A DNA stretch of 63,103 nucleotides, filler included, from Reticulomyxa filosa (Eukaryota; Protista; Foraminifera): assembly GCA_000512085.1 (NCBI GenBank). It is 23 parts of 23 records of this genome, joined end to end, with 100 filler letters (N's around TTAATTAATTAA, not from the genome) between each part and the next. Parts side by side here need not be neighbours in the genome. Positions count along the whole stretch, not along the records: positions 9,187 to 14,875 come from ASPP01026167.1; positions 14,976 to 16,825 come from ASPP01036465.1; positions 16,926 to 18,954 come from ASPP01050350.1; positions 19,055 to 29,009 come from ASPP01007071.1; 19 more parts are not named here. One strand, 5' to 3'. Under the pieces are notes generated by a model. That model worked only from the letters and a program-made list of their open reading frames with translations, was not told the DNA's origin and did not search any database. How positions within the stretch are numbered: the stretch's first letter is position 1; each line of letters opens with the position of its first letter. Shown here piece after piece: positions 11,720 through 23,278 of this stretch. The translations under genes and the position numbers were made by a program.

Positions 11720-14228
11720 TTACACTCTTTGAGGAGGTTTCAGTATTCCAGGTTTCAAGTGAGGTCTGTGATTAATGGCATCAAATTTGAATTTATTGAC
11801 ATAATCTTTTTCAGAAATTTCCGTAGGTTCTCCGTTGCAGGACCCATTGCAAGCATTGTAAATAAGCCCTTGTGTCCAAAACACATGATTGGCTTGAATT
11901 GCAGTGGCCTGTCTTCGCGTGAACTCATGGGTGTCATCTGCACAGTCTGGGGGTCTGTTTACAAAGGGTACCTATATTCAAAGTTCAAAAAAAAATTTTT
12001 TTTTTTTTGCACATGAAAAAAAAAGGGGGGGCAAATAACTTGTGGCTCATTAAAGTTCCAGCCTTGTATTAAATGAGATCCAGGGAACTGCGTGACATTG
12101 ATGACTTTGGAATCAGGAATGAACTGAAATCCAAACAGTGTTTCGTTGTACTCAGCGACATTGCTTTCGAACATGTAGGCATTGAGCGCGCGTCCAATTT
12201 CTTCAGCCCCAAGCCAGCTGACCTGGGCATCTCCCAGGCCATAATGAATCAACACACTGTGTTTGGGCGTGGCAGGGAACGGATCATCGCTCATATGTGG
12301 CAAGTAGCTTATTTCCATGTTGCAAACCAAACAAACAAACATTTATTATATATGTATATATATAATAAATGTTTGTTTGTTTGCTTTTTTAAAAAAAAAA
12401 ATAATATATATATATACATATACATATATATATATATATATACCCAGAGGGCTCCAATCGAGTCCAAGCCAATTCCAAGAAGGAGACAAGGAAGATGCGA
12501 TCAATGTCTTGTTCGTATCGGACTTTGATGATATCTTCGAAGGAAGCGAAGTCGCAGCTGCGAGGCAGAAGCAAGGAAAAGGGAATCCAGGAACGCCAAT
12601 GGTGCCACGAATGACATCTGTGGTGAGCGTCATGTAGACAGACCCCATGATCCCCCCTAAGGAGTTGCCATAATAATTGCGCAGCGATGGGTCGACGACT
12701 TGTTTTCCGTCAAACTGTAAAGCGGCATCATTGAGGAAGTTGTCACTCATGAGCAGCTTCATCAAGTACAATGCATTGAGCATTCCTTGATGCAGTCGAT
12801 CGGGCACCATAGGGAAATTGGTCAAGTTGGTCAGGATCATCTCACTCACAAAAGGCACGTCCTCGTCGCACATGCCAAGCCAATTCACTCCGGCAAAGAT
12901 ATATCCGTATTGGTTGCTCTGCTGCTTCAAATAAGTGGTTTCGATTTCATGAAAATTGCCAAACAGCCCATGTCCGTATTGCACCCATCGTCCCATCACA
13001 CTGTGATTGGCTACGCTGTAAGGGATGAGCAGCTCAAACTCCACATCAAAGTTTTGCTGATACACTGGTTGATTTGGATTGTCCCACTCGTATATCAACC
13101 GCACGTCCATTCCAGGTGTCACGTGATTCAGATACCACGGCACACTCATCAGTCCATTCACTTTGCGTGCTATGTACTCCGAGTCAAAGTCATTCTCCAC
13201 GCTCGTTATGCGGTACGACACCCCGCCCTCGCTCCAGTCGATGCGCGAAAACGCGTCATCTCTCATGTACACCATCGCATTCGTCTGAGTATACGTACTC
13301 ATCACTGTAAAGTCCCAAGCTAATTGCAGTGTCGACCGCTCTACACCATTCGCCGCCAACACATTAAAAATCTGTTTATACAAAATCCCCCCCCTTTTTA
13401 TGTATTTATATAAATAAATAAATTATATATATTATATATATTTATTTATAATTGATTAACTTGGGTGTTAAAATAATTCCTTCGAAAGTTAACAGAAGGG
13501 TCATTAGAAGAGGTATTGTCACGCAGTGCGATAAAAGCGGGACTGACGGCGACGGACGTCCCACTGTTCGTGTACAGGTTTCGCATGGCGACAATGTAAC
13601 GTCTGCCGTCGGTCAGACGTCGTGCTGGCCAGATCATCAACGATCGGTTCTTTTCGTTGCCTGTGAAAGGGTCGTCCGACATGTGGTCCAATTCCACCCA
13701 ATGCGGGATTCGCTCGTTTGTCACTGTGTCCAGTATTATCACTGGGTACGTATTCATCAATGATGGTGCTATTGACATGTCTATGTTCCATAGCTGTGCA
13801 CAGTTCTCACTTATGTCGATGTTCTCGAAATACGCTAATATCACCGGATTGGGGGCGAATCTGATCCCAAAAAAAAAAAAAAAATTTAAAAAAAGGGGGG
13901 GGTCGTGTTAGTTCAATGACAAACACAAAATGTAACAATTGCACGTATACTACTGCCTTTTGGAAATGTTAACTCACCCGTCTAATGTCCCCACCACATA
14001 ATTTGCATTAGTTGGGTTCCCGAATATATCGTTGGGCAAGTTGTTCTCGGTCAGGTTCAGACGGATTGGGTTCAGGTTCTCGTCTTTGATTAACCAGTAG
14101 TCGTTGGGAAACGGGTAGGTGCAGTACTGAGGCACCAACGAATCACATGGCACTGGCGGATAGCCTTGCTGTCCAAATGTCACCGCGAAAAGGGACACAA
14201 ATAACACGCATACACCAAGGACGTGCAT
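11720..14228 (-). CDS. Secreted bacterial-type alpha/beta-hydrolase (lipase/esterase-like) with Ig-like N-terminal region, ~699 aa
   Basis: Five exons: 14228-13978, 13860-13461, 13371-12444, 12307-12040, 11971-11720. Signal peptide MHVLGVCVLFVSLFAVTFG; PFPND and LDGF motifs; YGHGLFG; nucleophile elbow YYGNSLGG; candidate Asp in GDAQV and His in DTHE. Needs one extra base in the homopolymer at ~12577-12580. Confidence 0.8.
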
Positions 14229-14441
14229 ATTTAAAAAATCTTGCTGTTCCTTTGATAATGGACAAGGGGGGAAGGCTAAAGTGAACCGAACTTTAAAAAA
14301 AGTTTTGGACACAATTTAACAGAAATAATTGTTGTTCACGTTCAAGCAGTTTTTAGTTTAAAGATGTGACGACTATACTTTTGTTTATTTTTTTGTTGGT
14401 TAAGAACGAACTAAAGCGAATTGGAAGATAGACAATGTCAA

Positions 14442-14875
14442 TTAAAAATGACTATACTTTTTGGCAAAGGCATGATATTTTTTCAAGTCAGAAACAGAAA
14501 CCCCAAAAGTGTGAGAATCGGAGGCTTCAGGTAGTTGCAGTAAATCTTGTTTTTCCTCCTTCTCTTCCTCCTCCTCCTCTCTTTGTTGCTGTGACTGTTG
14601 TAATGTGGAAAGAGTATTTGCTAAAATGGTGTAACTGATGACACCCTCATTGTTGCTTGACTGGGCCTGACTGACACAAGAGCGTACCAATAATGCAATA
14701 TCATCGTAACGAGTACGTTTCAACTGCTTGGCAATATTGGTTAACTGTCCATCCGTAACTGTAATTTGGAGATGTGTTCCATCTTTCGTGACAACAGAGT
14801 CCCTCTGTTGAAAAGTTTGAAGTTCATTGTCCAACGCCTGCGAATGTGTTTTTGCAGAAGCAGCAGCAGCAGCAG
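14442..14875 (-). CDS. C-terminal fragment resembling an AAA ATPase lid and tail
   Basis: QLTNIAKQLKRTRYDDIALLVRSC resembles the AAA lid (LA..T.GYSGADI..LC). The C-terminal SVSDLKKYHAFAKKY resembles the CDC48/Vps4-type SVS..DL.KY..F tail. 5' end cut by contig end. Confidence 0.45.
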
Positions 14876-14975
14876 NNNNNNNNNNNNNNNNNNNNNNNNN
14901 NNNNNNNNNNNNNNNNNNNTTAATTAATTAANNNNNNNNNNNNNNNNNNNNNNNNNNNNNNNNNNNNNNNNNNNN

Positions 14976-15840
14976 AATTTTGATTTTTTTATAAATAAAA
15001 TCGTTGTTGAATGATCAATAATATACATAACTAGTATATACAATTAATTGATCATTTTCTTTTTTTTCTTCATTATTATTATTTAATTTAATTTCTTCTT
15101 CCAATTTTTCAACTTCAATTCCTTTTTCCGATTTTAATTGTTTAATTTCATCCTATATTTGTTATTTGATTTTTATAATAATATTGACAATCTTAATAAA
15201 GAGAAATAATATAAACTCGTTGTTGTTCGATAATTTTTTGCATATATTCAAATTTTTTAATAACAATGTTAAAATGTTGTTCCATATTATCAACCAAATG
15301 CTGTTTTAAATCTCTATCTGAATAAGAATGATCACATCCAAATTGTTTAAACCAACAATCTAATACTTTTAATTTACATTGATTATTTAAATGTTCATTC
15401 ATATCTTGTATTTTTCCTTTAAAATCACATATCACCATTATATCTCCATCAACTTGTTCCTTTATTTCTTTAGTTTCATCTTCAAATTGTCTTTGACATA
15501 TAACATTCAATTGATTGATTTGTTTTTGCATTTCATATAATTTATAATACTGGCAACCATCATGAAATTCAATAGGACATTTATTATTGTTATCATTCAA
15601 AAATTTCTTTAAACAATTCTCTCCAACAATAAAAGTTTCATTCATATCTTTATGTTGATTACAATTAATTTCAACTGGATTATTTGCAACTTGTTTGCAA
15701 ATCAAACAAATAAAATGATCAACTTGTTCTTGTTTGTTTGATTGTAATATCCAATTTTTACCAAAACATTGTTGATCAAAATGAATTTTGGTTGAACCAG
15801 ATTCAACATGTTCTTGAACTTCTCTTTCAACATTACTCAT
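14976..15840 (-). CDS. RING-like/TRAF-type zinc-finger protein of an expanded family, 5' part
   Basis: CLICKQVANNPVEINCNQH...GENCL...CPI, CDFKGKIQDMNEHLNNQC, CWFKQFGCDH...LKQHL, then coiled coil. Intron after ~15217; the gene runs off the contig. Confidence 0.8.
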
Positions 15841-16699
15841 TTTTATTACTTTTTATTTACCTATTTTATATTGTTTTAAAAGATTTAGTAATTGATATAT
15901 AGAATTCGCAAAGATTTTTTTTTAGAAAATTTGTTTTTGAAGGGTCCTTTAAAACATTGAACAATGTATGCTATATTATGATAATAAAAAATGAGTTGAT
16001 AAACAATAAATCAAAAAATCTTAAGAATTTCAAACAATAGCTTGTACAAATTAAATAAAAATCACAATATATGTAAAATTGTGTCTATTTTTAAAAATAT
16101 TCTTTTTCAAATAATCTTACATTTAAGATTGTTTTTGTGATTTCGGTATATTTAAAAAACTAAAAAATTGATAAAATCAATGAAAAAAAAGATTAGAAAT
16201 GAAAGGAAAAAATTAAAATTGAAATAACTCCTGATTAACCATGATTTGACAAAAAATAATTGGATTAAATATTGTATTGTTTGAATTTTACCATCTTTAG
16301 AACCTGCTGCAATTGTGCTATTTTGAGAAACATCTGTACATTTCATAGAACATGAATATTCTTCCAATCTTTTTATCTATTAACCACAAGCACCATTGAA
16401 GTTCACATTACATATCATTAGAGTGTTTTTGACAACCCCTTTATTAATGGAAAACAAACTTCAATATAAACTTAAAAAAAAAAGTATTATGACAAGGAAC
16501 GTATTGCCTCGTCGAATAAATTAAAAACTTTTATTTGTTATGTATAGACTATTCAACATTCTATAGTTGCAATGTTTGAAACAATTAGAAAAGACGTAAT
16601 AAAAAACTAAATCAAAACCATATTTAAAACTGCACTGTTTGTAGGTCTTTTTAAAAAAAAACTTGATTTGAGATAAAAGTTCAAATATTTTTTTATCTT

Positions 16700-16809
16700 T
16701 GCATCTAAGGTGAGCTCAAGAGAAAATACAAAAGAAGCAAAGAATGACGACTGCTCTCACCAATGAAAAACAAGCTTCAATGAAACTCGTATTAGTAAGC
16801 TTCATTGCA
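16700..16809 (-). mobile_element. Short solo-LTR/TRIM-like element, family B (110 bp, 5-bp TSD ATCTT)
   Basis: TGCA...TGCA termini; ATCTT at 16695-16699 and 16810-16814. The minus-strand start TGCAATGAAGCTTACTAAT resembles TGCAAGGAAAGCTCACTTAAT at 25790. Confidence 0.6.
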
Positions 16810-17879
16810 ATCTTTCAGAAAGTTGNNNNNNNNNNNNNNNNNNNNNNNNNNNNNNNNNNNNNNNNNNNNTTAATTAATTAANNNNNNNNNNNNNNNNNNN
16901 NNNNNNNNNNNNNNNNNNNNNNNNNTTCGTTTTTGGGATATTCGATCAAATAAGAATGAATTGTATATGCTCAAAGGAGATGAGAAAGAAGATGATGGAA
17001 TAATTTGCCTTAAATTTATTTGCTTGAAAAAGAAAAATAAGACAAATAGTGTCACATATGATTGGAATTTGTGTTATAGTTCATTGGAAAGTCCCATTCA
17101 TATTTGGGGATAATTGACTTTTTTGTTGAACAAGAAATGAAAGTATTTTTGTTTGATTAAAAGAAAAGTAAGGTGATATTAAACTTGTTTGATTTGGTTG
17201 GGCACACTAAAAGATGTTTTGTCTTACTTTGTTGTTTAAAAAGTTAAAAAATGAGTTTAATGTTTTTTAAAGAATTGAAAGGCATAATAAATGAAAACTG
17301 CACTTTGAAAAGAATTAGATTGTATTTTTGTGATCTTATAAAACTTTATTGAAATCAATATTGAATAATTGCAACAATGTGAGAATATTATTAAAAAAGG
17401 ACGAATTTATGGCTTTGATAAAATGATTTCTGAAAATGTTAAGTTATTTAACAATATAATATTGAACTTAGTCTAAAGCATTTAAAGAAATGAAAATTCT
17501 ATATAAATTACATAATGAAGGAATGTATTTGGATCATGAACAAAGTTGATAAGTTTTCATTTAGCATTGCATGAACACATTTTTTATATCAAATACTTAT
17601 TTAAAATTGAGTTGATAGTTTAGATAAACAATTCAATTTTGACATAATAAAGTACAAAATTCATTTAACACATCGCATTCAATTTTTTTATTTAATAAAT
17701 ATGTTATTTCATTGAATGATTGGAAATGTTTTCCTTTTTTTTACATAAACACAAATGAGCTTAGCAAATCAGTTGGCTAATGAATCAGTAATTTGTTTTG
17801 AGATATATTGAAAATTATCGAACTATGTAAATATTTACACTTTTCTATGTTCAAACCCTTTTTTGTCACTTGTTTTGTT

Positions 17880-18480
17880 TCCACAATGACATAATAAGCA
17901 AAGTGTGAATTGTACACAACATTAAATGCTTGAATTTGTTCACAAGATCGAATATCCCACAAACAAACACTTTGATCATGTGATTCAGATAATATTATAT
18001 TTATTAATTCATTTGATAAATATTTTACACTAGCCACACAATGTTTATTCCTTTATTTCGATATTGTTATTTTTACTACTTTGCAATGGTGAAATATCCA
18101 TACACATAATAGCATGTGAATGTCCTTTAAAAACATGTAATGATTTGGTTGTTTTAACATCACATAAACGAAAAGTAGTATCACCAGATCCAGGACACAA
18201 ATATCTACCATCACTAAATGGTGAAAATTCAATACTATAGATCCAGTTAATATTGTAATTGCTGATGATCTTTGAGATCACAAAAACGAATAGTTTGTCA
18301 CCTGATGAAGAACAAATAACACTACGATGAAAATTTCACACAAAATACATTACTTGAAATCCATCAAATAATTGTATTTATTTGTTATCCTCTATATCCT
18401 ATACACGAATTGTTTTATCTCCTGATCCAGAACAAGGTAATTGATTGCCATCGAATGCCGCATAATCAATACTCCACACA
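17880..18480 (-). pseudogene. WD40-repeat pseudogene
   Basis: Degenerate repeats WIYSIEFSPFSDGRYLCPGSGDTTFRLCDV, GHSHAIMCMDISP and SESHDQSVCLWDIRS spread over several frames with stops. Confidence 0.8.
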
Positions 18481-18917
18481 ATAAAAGATGCTTAATTAGG
18501 ATGATAAACAAAATGTTTCAAGCATGAAAAAATGAGTTGCCTATACGTTTTTGAAACAATCAATCATCTTTGTAAAATACTATTTTATTTGTTAACTACT
18601 ATTTTATTCATGCTCACTACAAACTAATTCAATTGCATTATTTGCAATTTATTTGCATAACAAACATTCAAAGTTTTTCAAAAGTTTCGTTTTAGTTGAA
18701 GAAGCTACCCGGTCCATATCATAACATTCAGCAAGAGAAAAAAGCTTTCAGCTTGTTCACGTTATTTTCTTTTTCATGTAACAGAACATGCTATTCAGTT
18801 TTGTTTGTTTGCTTTTCTCTTTTTTTTTCAATTAATCAACAAAAAAATCCTTGCTATTTTTTGAATCTACTTTATCCTCTATTCTATGGAAATAATCGTA
18901 TTTCAATAGCAACAACT

Positions 18918-18954
18918 TGTAGGGAAAGTCCCTATTATAAATCCCCAACTACTA
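18918..18954 (+). mobile_element. 5' end of a family A LTR-like element, cut by contig end
   Basis: TGTAGGGAAAGTCCCTATTATAAA matches the starts at 1955 and 3358. Confidence 0.65.
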
Positions 18955-19266
18955 NNNNNNNNNNNNNNNNNNNNNNNNNNNNNNNNNNNNNNNNNNNNTT
19001 AATTAATTAANNNNNNNNNNNNNNNNNNNNNNNNNNNNNNNNNNNNNNNNNNNNTATATATATATATATATATATGTATATGTATATGTGTTTGTGTGTG
19101 TATTTTTTTTAAATATGCTATTTGAAATCATGGGAAAAGGACTAGCATTTCCAGTGACAAATCGAAATGGAAAAAACAAGGAAAAGAGACAGACAACTCG
19201 GCGACAACAGACAAGTCCAAATCTCGAGGAGACGAATCCGATAGCAAAGGGAAAGAAAAAAAAGAG

Positions 19267-19528
19267 GTAGACAAAAACGACAAGGCGCTGATGGACAAGT
19301 TGTCGGATGATATGATCATCGACAAACCCAATGTCTTTTTCCGAGAGGTCATTGGGTTGGAAATGGTCAAACTGGCATTGTATGAAAACATCATTTTGCC
19401 CCAACAAAGGCCTGATCTATTCGCCTCAGTTCGAAAGCCGTGCACTGGTCTGTTGTTATTTGGTCCTCCGGGCAATGGTAAAACTATGATTGCCAAATGT
19501 GGTATGTGTTTAATCCCTTAACGTATAC

Positions 19529-19559
<31 letters not shown>

Positions 19560-20670
19560 TATATAATTGTTAACATTTCAAAAAACAAAACCAAAACATG
19601 CACACATGCACATACATGCAGTGGCAAGCGAAATCAATTGCACGTTCTTCTCCATATCGGCGTCGTCAATCACATCGAAATTTGTGGGTGAAGCCGAGCG
19701 CACAATGCGACACTTGTTTCGAATGGCGCGTGAGCGTGCGCCGGCGATAATCTTTATCGACGAGATCGACTCGCTGTTGACGGCACGTGGTGGGTCGAAT
19801 GAAGGAGAAGCCTCGAGACGAGTGAAGACCGAGTTCCTCGTGCAGTTTGACGGAGTGTTGGGATCGAAGGACGCCGAGGCATCCATCACGGTGATTGGAG
19901 CCACGAATTTGCCTGACCAATTGGACGAGGCCGTACTGCGACGATTTCCAAAGCGAATCATGGTGCCCAATCCCGATCGTCCTGCGCGGTATGCGTTGTT
20001 GCGCTTGATGACAAAGAAGCACGACCATGCGTTGACAGAAGAAAACTTTCAATATTTGGCCGACGCTACGGAAAACTACAGTGGAAGTGATTTGACCATG
20101 TTATGTAGTGATGCACTCATGGGCCCTCTACGTGAAGCCATGGTCAACACCGACTTAACCAAAGCGTCCAAGTCTGAAATACCTAGGCTGTCGTTCCGAC
20201 ACTTTCAACAGTCATTAAATAATGTCCGCGCTAGTGTCCCTCCTCAGAGCTTGCGACATTACTTTGATTGGGATAAACAATTTGGTAGCTCCCTATTCTT
20301 AACTGTCGATGTCTTGCCTGATACCATGCGATCGCCTCTTCTCATTTCTATTGAGGAAGAGAGAAAAATTTTCTACCAAGAACATGCCACTCCAACTCCA
20401 ACTCCTACTACTACTACTACTACTACTGCTTCCAATTCTGATAAAGCTGCCACCACCGCCGCCGGTGCCACTCGGTCTGATGAACAACCCACTCCAGAGT
20501 CGGACGTGATCCCTACCTCTTCTCTTGGCTTGGGTAGTGATGACAAAGATGATGAGGAACCGCCCACTATTGGCCATTCCAAAACTAGGTCAGCTGTCAC
20601 TCTTCCAGTCAAGGCCATAAAACGAAACTCGGCTGCCTCTGCTAGAATCACAACCTCCAAAAAAACTTGA
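19267..20670 (+). CDS. Spastin-like (meiotic-clade) microtubule-severing AAA ATPase, 5'-partial
   Basis: Exons ~19267-19501 and 19622-20670. Walker A GLLLFGPPGNGKT, SASSITSKFVGE, Walker B IIFIDEIDSLL, EASRRVKTEFLVQFDG, GATN, LDEAVLRRF, YSGSDL, WDKQFG, then a ~125-aa low-complexity tail. Confidence 0.88.
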
Positions 20671-21234
20671 GGTTCATAAACATTGTAATTGTCTTTCTGA
20701 TTCTCATGCATCTTGTTCCATCCTTTTTTTCATATTTTTTTTTTTTTTTTTTTTTTTGCTTTAATGGAGCAGAAGGGGTAGGGGAGGGAAGGGGGAGAGA
20801 GGGAGTTTTTTGTTGTATTTCTTTCTTTGTTTCTTCGCTTCTTTTTGTTCAATCCTTGCCTTTTTTGTCGCTATTGTTGTTTTGTATTTGCTCAATTTCT
20901 TGTGCTGTAACAAAACTGCAAGGCTGGCTGATGCACGTCGCCAATTTATTTTTAATCTTGACATATACCTTGTTCAATTTCAAAGATATTCTTCCGAAAG
21001 GATTCTTTGACTTGCTTTCTTGAAAAAAAAACAGATTCACTGAATCATTTATCGGCATATACCATAAAAACATAAAGCACACTCCACAAAAAAAAAAAGG
21101 ATTGAATTAATCACATTTGTTAATTTCTTCTTTTAAAAAATTGCTTTTCTTTTTAAATAGATCTTTTACAACTGAACTAAAATTTTGCACAGTTAATACG
21201 TTTTTTCGCAAGTAAATAAATTAGCTTTTAAAAA

Positions 21235-21287
21235 AATTATAAAAAGTGTGATTCATGTGCTGGTTTTTGTGGACACCCCATATATAT
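21235..21287 (-). mobile_element. Tc1/mariner-like terminus
   Basis: Reverse complement ATATATATGGGGTGTCCACAAAAACCAGCACATGAATCACACTTTTTATAA matches the end at 2595. Confidence 0.55.
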
Positions 21288-21915
21288 ATTTTCGAAGTTG
21301 ATTACATTATGCAAAATATATTTATTGTTTTTTTTCAATTTTGTATAATGTATTCTATGATGTATTATTAAATATAAATACTATTACAATTGCACATTCG
21401 CAACAATTCTTTTTTAAAAAATTTTACAACATTTTTTGTTCATTCGCTTTTCGAATAAAACTGATTTTATTTTGACGTGATTTTTTGTATGCGAGTAATT
21501 ACAAAATTAAATCATTAGTTTATTGTTGTGATACGACGTTTGTCAATTTCCCAATGAAAACATATGCTGTACTAAAATCAAATCATATGCACTGTATAAA
21601 TTGCATGATATATGAAATTTGGAATGTACTTTGTCCAAAGTTTGAAAAAAATTATTGTTCGATGACAAGTTTATTTGTTTGAAAAAACAAACAAGTGGAA
21701 TGTTCGAAAGTTTAAATATTTCATCATGGTATACCCTTGCAGCTTTAGATATTTAAAAAACAGTAACAAATAAGAAACATTTGTTACTTTGAAAAAACGT
21801 AAAGTCGTTGTCCTTTGAAAAAAGGTCCATCAAATCCAATAAAAACTTGATTTTTTTGTTCATCTTTAATCAATCGTAGCCTTTCGAATTTTTTTTCAAC
21901 AGTGGTCAAAAGGGA

Positions 21916-22218
21916 ATGGCAACAGTAGAGAAAGTAGAAGAGGAAATAGCGTTGTTAGTTCGTGAAATAAAAAGACTTGGCAAACCAAATTCCAACGGAA
22001 AGTATTCGGTGACATTTAAGACAATCTTTAATGACGAACAATGTGCAAATATCTTCGAAGCTTTGGTAGGAACCTTGAAAGCGGCAAAAAAAAGAAAGGT
22101 AATAGATTACCAAGGACAAATACTCTTACAAGGAGTGAGTGACAACGTTGAAATTGTTTTGCTTGTTGAGTCCTTTGGAACCACTGAAAAAGAGTCCAAA
22201 GAACCCGAGAAAAAATAA
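21916..22218 (+). CDS. ABRACL: Costars family protein (ABRACL-like actin regulator)
   Basis: VEEEIALLVREIKRLG...VTFKTIFNDEQCANIFEALVGTLKAAKKRKVIDYQGQILLQGVSDNVEIVLL is the Costars consensus. Intronless, 100 aa. Confidence 0.93.
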   Translation: MATVEKVEEEIALLVREIKRLGKPNSNGKYSVTFKTIFNDEQCANIFEALVGTLKAAKKRKVIDYQGQILLQGVSDNVEIVLLVESFGTTEKESKEPEKK

Positions 22219-23278
22219 ATTATTTTCCGGCAAATTACACTCAAAGGTTGTAAGTTAGTTTTGTAACTATTGATAAATTGGAGAGCAAAAAAACTTTTCA
22301 TTATGTTAAATTTTTTTCCGATTGCCCAAATCTACTGACGATAAATCTTTATATTGCTGTTATGACAATGGGCCCACTTTATATTAAAAAATTCTCAAAA
22401 AAATACGGGGAACGTTCATCAAGGATCTAAAAAATCAAAACTAGGTAATCAAGATACCATTTATATATTTTTCATTTAATTTGATACAATAAAAAATGAG
22501 CACGTTGAGTGCTGCTTAAGTTTTGTTAGAGGTTGGTTTCGAAAAATTACTTTAAGACGCTACAGTACTTTCTTTGACTTTAAGAAAAAGGCCAGACCTT
22601 CTTTTAATATGTTTAAAAAATGACGCAAGTAGTCATGAGTTGGCATTATCATAGATCTGTATCCACGTGAATGTAAGGCAAAGCCTTGCTGTCTGTTGAC
22701 AAGGTTCAAATGGGTCTTGAATTTCCTTTCCTGAAATTACTTGAAAACAATTTTTGTATTACAATTACAACATGCACCAGTACTCTCGTGAACTCAAATT
22801 TCTTTTTTTTAACTTGAAAATAAATGTCAGTATTTTCTTCGTTTAATCAAAAGAATTATTTGCTTCTATTTTCTCTACGACGCTTCTAATTCAATTCTGT
22901 AAACAATATCAACATATTATTGCAAGAGATCATCACAAATGACATTTTCAAATCCAAAAAATATATTTAATCTTTTATTCTACATGGGCTTAAATTTTTG
23001 TTAAAATTCATATTTAAAAAATGTATGTGATGAACTTTCGTGGGTTTACTTGAACAATCAGGAGTTTTTTGATGTATTGCTCTGATACCAAAAAGGAAAA
23101 TATGTCAAGCAGGAGCACAGCCAACTTTGGTCATGATACCAGAAAACGAAGATTGTTGCAAAATGTTGATGTAGACGTTCCAAAATAGTAAATATTTACC
23201 AAAAAAAAAAGCACCACTCACAAAATTTTTCTTCTGTTTTTTTAATACATAATAAATTTCTTGAAATTGCTTTGTGAT

